The translations under genes and the position numbers were made by a program. 64,000 nt of DNA from Dehalococcoidia bacterium (GTDB lineage Bacteria; Chloroflexota; Dehalococcoidia; UBA2979): the NCBI GenBank assembly GCA_963667465.2, contig CAXXDN010000002.1, positions 736,001 to 800,000 of the forward strand, in the 5' to 3' direction. Within the stretch, counting starts at the first letter, position 1, and every line of letters starts with the position of its first letter. Positions 54,101 to 63,100 of the stretch are shown piece by piece. The notes below the pieces were generated by a model. It worked only from the letters and a program-made list of their open reading frames with translations, was not told where the DNA came from and made no database searches.

Positions 54101-57100
54101 TCGGTCGCGGTCTTGTCCACCTCGTGGACCGTCAGCCCGCCGGCCGGCACCGCCACGCCCGCCGGGTTCGTCAGCGTCACGCCGCGCTCGTCGTCGTCGC
54201 TGATCGTGCCGCTCGCCGTCTTCGTCGTGCCGAGCGTTGCATTGGCGGGGCTCGTCAGCGTGACCGTGACGGTCTCGTTCGGCTCGTCCAGTTCGTCACC
54301 CAGGACGGGGATCACGATGCTGCCCGTGGCCGAGCCTGCCTTGATGGTGATGGTCTTCGTCTCGGGGTCCGTGTAGTCCTCGTCCGCCGTGGCCGTGCCG
54401 CCGAGGGTGTAGTCGACACTGACGTCCCGCCCGCTGGCCGCCGACAGCGTGACCGCGAACGTCATGTTCGTCGCCGTGCCCGGGTCGTCGCCCTCCGGCA
54501 CTGCCGTCGCGTCCGCGATGGTGACCGTCGGCAGCGCGTCGTCGTCGGTGATCGTGACCTCGGCGTCGGAGATGGTCAGGCCCGTCGCTGTGGCGTGCAC
54601 CGTCAGCTTCTCGTCGTCCTCGTCGAGGGTGTCCTGCTTCGGCGCCAGGCTGAAGGTCTTCTCACCGCTCAACTCGCCGGCTGAGATCGTTAGCGTCACA
54701 TCGGACACTGCCGTGTAGTCCGTGCCCGACTCGGCCGCGTCGCCGGCTTTGCCGACCTTCACCGTCACCGTCGTGTCGGTGGCGAAGGTGATGGCCTTCG
54801 TGATGGTGGTCTCTGTCGGCGGGTCGACCGTTGTGTCCCGTACGACCTCCGTGATCGCATCGAGGGTCGCCGTGACCGTCACCGTCGTGGCGCCGGCGCC
54901 CTCCGCCACGCTCGAGGGGCTCACCGACAGCGAGGCCGTCGTCGGGGCCGTGTCGTCGTCGGTGATGGTGCCGGTGGCGGTCTTCGGCGTGCCGAGCGTC
55001 GCGTTCGTCGGCGAGGCGAGCGTGACGATGATCGTCTCACCGGGGTCGTGCACGAGGTCGCCGAGGACGGGGACCACGATCTTGCCCTCCGTCTCGCCCG
55101 CCGCGATGGTGACGGTCTTCGGGGCGGGGTCGATGTAGTCCTCGCCTGCCGTGGCCGCACCGCCGAGGGTGTAGCTCACCGACGTGGCCCGCTGGCTCGC
55201 CGCCGACAGCGTCACCGTGAAGGTCATGTCCGTCGCCGTGCTGGGGTCGTCGCCCTCCAGCACGGCCGACGCGTTCGCGATGGTGACCGCCGGCGAGGCG
55301 TCGTCGTCGGTGATCGTGCCCGTGGCCTCCGTCTCGCCCGCGGTGCTGGAGAGCGTGGCGTTCGTGGGGTTGGTCAGCGTGAGGATGATGGTCTCGTCGT
55401 CCTCGTCCACCACGTCGCCGAGCACGGGGACGACGATGCTGCCCGTCGCCTCGCCCGCGGCGATGGTGATGGTCTTCGTCGCGGGGTCGGTGTAGTCCTC
55501 GCCTGCCGTGGCCGTGCCGCCGAGGGTGTACTCGATGGTGGCGGCCTGCCCGCTGGCCGCCGCGAGCGTGACGGTGAAGGTCATGTCCGTCGCCGTGTTG
55601 GGGTCGTTGCCCTCCAGCACCGCCGAGGCGTTACTCACCGAGACCGCCGGCGCGTCGTCGTCGTCCGTGATCGTGCCCGTGGCCTCGGCCGGCGATCCGA
55701 GCGTGGCGTTGGTGGGCGAGGTGAGCGTGACGACGATGGTCTCCGCGACCTCGTCCACCACGTCGCCGAGGACGGCGATGACGATGCTGCCCTCCGTCTT
55801 GCCCGCCTCGATGGTGATGCTCTTCGTCGCGGGGTCGGTGTAGTCCTCGCCCGCCGTGGCCGTGCCGCCGAGGGTGTACTCGATGGTGGCGTCCTGCTCG
55901 CTCGCGGCCGCGAGCGTGACGGTGAAGGTCATGTCCGTCGCCGTGTTGGGGTCGTTGCCCTCCAGCACCGCCGAGGCGTCGGCGATGGTCACCGCCGGCC
56001 CGTCGTCGTCGTCGGTGATCGTGCCCATGGCCTCGGTGTCGCCGGCGGTGGTGGAGAGCGTGGCGTTGGTGGGGTTGCTCAGCGTGACCGTGATGGTTTC
56101 GTTGGGCTCGTCCACGACGTCGCCGAGCACGGGGACGACGATGCTGCCCGTCGCCTCGCCCGCGGCGATGGTGACGGTCTTCGTCGCGGGGTCGGTGTAG
56201 TCGCTGCCCGCCGTGGCCGTGCCGCCGAGGGTGTAGTCGACCGTGATCTCCCGCGAACTGGCCGCCGAGAGCGTGACGGTGAACGTCATGTCCGTCGCCG
56301 TCTTGGGGTCGTTGCCCTCAGCCACGGCCGTCGCATCGCCCACCGACACCGTCGGCGCCTCGTCGTCGTCCTTGATGGTGCCCTTGACGCTCCCAACCCC
56401 AGGAGTGACGAGGTTGTCGGGGCCGTCGAACGTGATGATAAACGTCTCGTCCTCCTCGTCGATGAGATCCTGCGTCGTCTGCACTGTGAGCACGATCTCA
56501 TCTCCTATAGCGCCTTCTCCCTTCTCGATGGTGAGGACCTGATCCGTGACTTGCGTGTAGTCGACGCCCGCCACGGCCTGGTTGGCGCCGTCCTTCGGGC
56601 CATCCGCGGTGGACCACGTCAGTTCATAGTCCCTCGGCGCACCGCCGAGGATGAAGAACATAAACTCGACGTCGTCCCCCTCTGTTGGTTTATTCGGACC
56701 GCCAAAGTTCAGCGTCGCATCGATGTTGAGCACCTTGACGGCGACGTCGTCCGCCTCCACGGAGCCGTAGTCAGCGCCCGTGACCTCGTGCTTGATGGTG
56801 ATGGTTCGGTCGCGTTCGGCAGTCCTGATGTGCTTCTTGTGGAGCACAACGGTCTGGGGCTTGTTCCAGTTCTTCGTGGTGAACGTGAGCGTGTTGTTCG
56901 GCAGGAGAACCAAGTCCCCATCCGAGTCTCGCCCGCTGCCGACGAGAAGGTTGTCACTGTTTTGGATGCCCGTCAGCTTGACGGAGACGGGGCCGGTGGG
57001 CTCGGAGGTGAGGACGACGGTGTACTCGACGTCCACCGGATCGGTGGGCAGCGACTCGACGAGCGTCAGCTCGGTCGGGGTGATGAGGATGCCCTTCTGG

Positions 57101-60100
57101 TCGTCGTCGGTGACGGAGACGGGCACCTCGAACTGCTGCGTCTCGAGGTAGCCGCCGCCCTTCACGGTGATCACGATCACGCCCTCGCGCTTCGGCGGGT
57201 CGTTCGCGATCTCGTCGTCCACGGCGGTCACGGTGACCTCGTGCCTCGCGTTGCGGTTGGCGAAGGTGTAGGTCAGCTCGGTGGTGGCGTCGGCGCCGTC
57301 GTCCTGCGGGTCGTCCGGGTTGCCCTTCGTGCGCTGGAGCGTGTAGGCGGGGGCGACCTCCTTCGCGCTGAGGGTGATGACGACCTCCTCGCCCTCGCGG
57401 ATGCTGCCCGCCGCCGGGTAGACGGTCAGGACGGCCGACCCGGGCGCCTCGGTCGTGGTGTCGCCATCCGTGGTGACGACCTTCTCGGCGATGGCGATGG
57501 TCGCCGGCTCGATGTGGAGCGGGCGCTCCTCGACGGTCACGGAGATGGAGGCGGTGGCCCGGTTGCCGTCCTCGTCGGTGACGTGCAGCAGCAGGTCGTA
57601 CTTGTTGTCCGTGCCGGCGTCCTTCGGGGCGGCGCGGTGGAGCGCCGGCACGCTGATGACGCCGGTGATCGGGTGGATCTTGAAGTGGCTGGCGTCCGCG
57701 CCGGCGAGGGAGAAGAAGACCGGCTTGTCCGGCGGCTGAACGCTGACCTTCGGCCGGGAGAGGTCGTACGCAAACCCCTCGGGCTTGCTCACGTCGCCCG
57801 GCGTCTCGCTGAACGCGACGGAGCGCGTGCCTGTGTCGCGGATGGTCACGAGCGAGACGTGGAGTTCATAGCCCGGGTGAGAGTACTGGGTGTCCAGCTT
57901 GCCCAGGCCGTCGGCCCGGGCGACGAGGCCGAAGACCCAGTCACCATCGGCCTTCCCGTTGTCGAGGGTGCTGATGGTGATCGACTTGCTGATCTCGCCT
58001 TCCGGGATGGTTACGTTGTTGCCGCCGGGGTGGACGTAGTGGACGCCGGCAGTTGCCTGGTTGGGGACGCCGAGGCTCACAAGAAACCAGGACACGATAG
58101 TGTCCGTCCGCAGCGGCTGATCGAAGCGGAAGGTCAGCGTCGCCGCGTCCCCCTCGTCCACGGTCACATCGGGCACGACGTAGAGCGTGGGGCGGTCCTC
58201 GGGGATCTTGACCCGCACCGCGTCCTGCGGCGTGTGAATGGCGATGCCGTTGCTCTCGTTCACGAGCTCGAGGACGAAGCTCTCCGCCTCCTCGTACACG
58301 ATGTCGTCGAGGACCGAGATCGGCACATCCACGTGGGACTGGCCGGCGGGGATGATGACCTGACTGGCGCCCGCATACGCGAAGTCCACGCCCGGTTCGG
58401 CGGTCTCGGTGCGGGTGATGATGGACACCGTCTGCAGGGTCGCCACGGGCTCGCTGGTGGAGACGCGGAGCATGGCGCCCGCGCCCTCCTGCACGCTCTT
58501 GTACTTGAGGCCGTCGTCGTCGGTCCCGCCGGCCGGGCTGTCCGGGGCGAAGTCGAGCGACACCTTGTTGCTGTCGTCATCGACGATGGTGAAGGTGAGC
58601 TCGAAGTTTATGAAGTCCGGGAGAGCGGTGCGCCGCAGCGTCGTCGGCGCGCTGATGAACTCGACCTGGACGGTGAAGGACTCGTCCTTCTCCTTCCGCG
58701 TGTCCTGGGGGATGGCGAGGGGAATCGTCAGCTCCCACACGCCGGACTCCCAGTCCTGATAGAGCGGCCACAGCACCTCTTGCCGCGTCTGGCACTGGAG
58801 GGAACGGTTGGCTTCGAAGCGCCGTGCCTGGAACAGCACGTCGGCCGCATTGCTACTGGCGATGTCGAACGCGCCCGCGTTGACGGCTACGGTGCTCTCC
58901 GGGTGCACGGTCGCGGAGCGGCCGCCGGTTGCCATCTCGCGGAAGCACGAGAGCGTCCGTAGCCCCTCGTGGTAGGCGACTTCGTCCTGCGGGATTGGCG
59001 TGCGGCGCAGCGTGAGCGTGACGGGCGTGTCGACGGTCGTTGAGTAGTGGCTCCCCGTCTTGCCGCCGCTGCCCTCCGGGATGCCGTCCTGGATGTAGCG
59101 CAGCGTCTCGTCGCTCAACCAGATGCGCAATGCGTTCGGGTCCTCGATGTACCCGCGGGCGGTGTCCCGCTCGAACCGCACCTTCGCCGGGTCTCCGCTG
59201 AGCTTCACCAGGAAGTACTCGGTCCCCTCGCCGCGGGTGTCTTCCTTGATGCCCACCGAGATGGTCTTCGCCGTTTCACCGGGCGCGAAGGTGAGGCTGG
59301 CGTTGCTGACCGGCGTGAAGTCGTCCCGGCCCCACGTCGACTCTCCCCCCGCCTGCGCCGCCTCGAAGCCGCTGCCCACCGCCTCGACGGTCGACCACTG
59401 GACGGTGACGGGTACCGACTGCGCCCGCCTCAGCCGCACCGTGAACTGCGCCGCCGCGCCGCTCGCCTCCGCCACGGGCGCCGCGTCCTCGATGGTCACG
59501 CTCGCCTGATCGTCATCGTCGAGGATCTGCCCCGTGGCGCTGAGCGTCCCGCTCTTCGCCTCCGGCGCCTGCGAGAGCACGACGCGAAGGGTTTCCGTGC
59601 CCTCCTTCGCCTCGTCGTTGAGCGTCTTGACGGTGATCCGGGCGGGCACCTTGCCTCCGCTCCAGGTGTCGAAGGTGTTGGCGTATCTCGGGAACGTGAG
59701 CGTCTGCGGCAGGGCTGCCTCGTAGTCCCCCTCGGCGGCGATGGCGCTGCCGTCCTCGGTGTGCCACTGCACGGTCACGTTCTTCTGCGAGGGGGCGGAG
59801 AGCGTCGCGGTGAAGGTCAGGTCGCCGCCCTCGGTCACGGCGGTGGCGTCGCTGATGCTGAGCGTCGGGCGCGCGTCGTTGTCGCGGATGATGCCGACGG
59901 CCAAATTCTCATCGATCTGCATGCCCGATGAATCGGTGATGTAGACGATGAACCGTTCGGCCCACTCGTCGATGCCGTCGTCCACTGTCGCCAGCGAGAA
60001 CCGGGGAGCGGATGTTTCGCCCGCCGGGATGGTCATGGACTTCCCGGCCTCCGGCAGGGCCGTGTAATCCCTGTCCGATTGCAGGCTGGAGGCGGCAAAC

Positions 60101-63100
60101 TCGTTGGTGAGCTTGCGATACCCCAACCCCGGCTGGAAGTCATCCGATGGATCGAAGAGCGGATCCTTGCTCTTGATGGTGACGGTGATGTCCCTGCCCA
60201 CCGGCTCGCTGAGGCGCGCCTCGAAGAGCTGCGGCATGCCCTCCACCTGCCCCTCGGGGTAGACGGGCACGATGGACACCGAGGGGCCATCGAGGACCTC
60301 AACCGACGGCGCCTTGATGCTCGCCGTGAAGGCGTGCAGGGTGAAGTCGCTCCCGAAGAGCTCCCGTTCCTCCTTCGCGCCGGCGCCGCCCCCCAGGATG
60401 ATGTTGGCGACGCTGACCGAGAACTTCTCGGTACCCTCGCCGCTCACGCCGTCCTCGATGGTCGGGATGGCGATGGTCGCCTCCGTCGCGCCGGGCGGCA
60501 CGATGAACCTCCACCCGCCAGAGGCATAGTCCGACCCGGCCTTCGCGCTCTCGTCCCTGGCTAAGACCTGCACAACGAGCGAGCGCGAGATGGGGCGCGA
60601 GATGGGGCGCGAGAGGTGCAGCCGGTAGACGACGTTCTCGCCCTCCTGCACGCGCGGGTCGTCCAGCGTGATGCTCAGCTCCAGTTCATCGTCGTCGTCG
60701 CGGATGAAGCCTGTCCTGACGAGTTCGGAGCCGCCGTCGAACGTCACGGCGGCCTCGCCCATCACGGCGAACTTCAGCCGGAGCCACTCGTTCTCCTCCT
60801 CCGTGTAGTCGCCCGTGACCTGCACCTCGACGTACTTGCGCACCTCGCCCGGCTTGAACGTGACGGTGCCGGCCGCCGTGCTCGAGACGAAGTCGACGCC
60901 CGCCGTCGCGGCGTCGGGGTACTCATTGTTGGGCGCGGTCGTGTTGGACGTGTCCAGCGCGTAGGAGACCTGCACCTCCTTGTTGGTGGGGGTGTTCAGC
61001 CCGATCTCGAACCGCAGGTCTGGCGTCTCGCCCTCGTCCGCCTCGACGACGTACGCGTCCTTCGCGTAGAGCGCCGGCGGGTCGTCGTCGTCCGCGATCG
61101 TCACGTCCGTGTAGTAGAGGGTGACCGTGCCTGGCCTGGTGCTGGAGCCCTTCACCTTGAGCCCGCCGGCCCCTGCCTCCCAGACGATCTGGAAGCACTT
61201 GTCGGCGTTGTCGAGGGCGTCACCGATGGTGGTGATGGCGATCCGCTTCGTCTGCTCTCCGCTCCTCCACGTCAACGTCCGGGACGGGACAGGCACGTAG
61301 TCCAGATCGTGCTGAGCCATCTCGGCGCCACAGCTCCCGCCGACGCCTCCGCGCATGGCGTTGAAGGTGAGGGTCGCCGACTCCCCAACCTTGAGCTGGC
61401 GAGCAAGGCTCATCTCGACGACCACGTCTTCGCCCTCGATGACCGACAGCGCACTGGGCACGTTTACGTCGACCTGCTCCTTCGAGTGCAATTCAGCCGA
61501 GGCGAGGAGCTCAGAGCGTTCGCCAGCGTCTGCTTCAGGGAACATCAGGTCGCCGATGTCGGCGTCATCCAGCCAGAACCGCACCGTGAAGCGTTCCGCC
61601 TGCTCAACCAGGCCGTCGACGTGGGTGGCGAACTTGATCTCGTGCGTCTCCACGATGTCACCCGCCGGCATGACGAGTTCCATCTTCCCGGTCAGACGGC
61701 CGTTGGAGAGCGTCGTGGTGTAGGTGGGTTGATCATTCGCCGGGCGACCGCTGTCCTGGTCCGCCGTCTCCGAGGAGATGGACTTGAACTTGAAGTCCTC
61801 CCCTGTCTTGTATCCGGCGGCCTCGTTCGTGGGGCTGAAGGCGGCCGTCTCGGGTATCAGCTCCCAGCGCAGGACGCCCGACGATCGAGGGTTTGTGTAA
61901 GCCCCCTCTTCTCCCATGGGCTGCTTGGTGGTCGTCACAGTGAAGGTGATGTCGTCGCCCTCGCCGTTGTACGTGCTGGGCTTGATGGTGACGGTCGTCG
62001 TGCCCTCTTCGTTGTCCACGATCCGGCCCAGCACGATCAGTTCCCGGTCGGGGTAGCCGTCGCCGTCGGCGTCGGGGAAGTGGAAGCCGTCGTTGCCCTT
62101 CCGCAACCGCACCGCCACCGTCTCGTTCCCCTCCGGGATCTCGTCGTCAGTCACCGTCATGCTGAACGTTCTGCCAGGGGTCCTGTTGGCGTTGTTGTTG
62201 GGGAAGGACAGGTTCACGCTGCCCGACGTCGCCGAGGTGGTGAAGTCCGTGCCGCGCGTCGCGGTGCTCGTGTCGTCGAGGATTTCCCACGTCACCGTGC
62301 CGACGTCCAGCCGGCGTTCGGTGGTGATCCCGCGGGTGCCGCGCACACGGAAGGTCAGCGGGTCGCCCGAATCCTCCTCGACCTCCGGCGCCGTGACCTC
62401 GATCGTCCCGGTCGACTCGTCATCGTCCACGATGGTGACCTCGACGGTCAGCGCCTTCTTGCCGTTGACGAACCGGAAGTTGTCGTCGCCTCGTGGCGTC
62501 CGCAGCCTGATGACGAGCTTCTCGTCCGGCTCAAAGGCGAAATCGGGAATAGTCGTGAGATCGAGGGCCGTTTCCCGGGACCGAATGAGACCCGGTCCGA
62601 ACGTTACGGGCAGTGTTCCCGAAGCAGCCAGGGCATGGTCTTTCAGGCCCCCACCAGTGGTTGCCGTGCTCTCTGCTGAGACCACCTCCCATCTGAAACT
62701 ATAGGAACGCCCAACAGCGGATTCGGCCTGGCTCCGGTATGCGGTCAACATGATTTGCGCGGTGTTGCCGTCCGACGCCCCCGTGCCCGTGCCCTCACTC
62801 ACCGTCCCGGGAGCGGTGGCTGTCACCTGCCAATCGAGCAAGTCGTCGTCCTCGATGTGGTAGGTGAAGGTGACGGTCTTGTCCGGATCGCTGTCGGCGT
62901 CGTCCCCGTCCGGGAAGCTGCCGTCGAGCGCATTCAGCTTCAGCACGATCGACTCGCGCGACTCATGGATCTGGTCCGGACTGATGGCGATGACGAGGTC
63001 TTGCTCCACACTCGTCTTGCCCCGTTGGAAGTTGAAGGTGATATCGCCGGTCGCACCGGTGCGTCCGCCCACGGTGAAGTCGGTACCCGCTGTCGCTGTG

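Noticed and set aside
30955-56370. CRISPR array or diversity-generating retroelement
   Set aside because: The repeats are 330-390-bp in-frame coding units without unique spacers. No cas or reverse transcriptase gene is present, and no adenine-specific variation was noticed.
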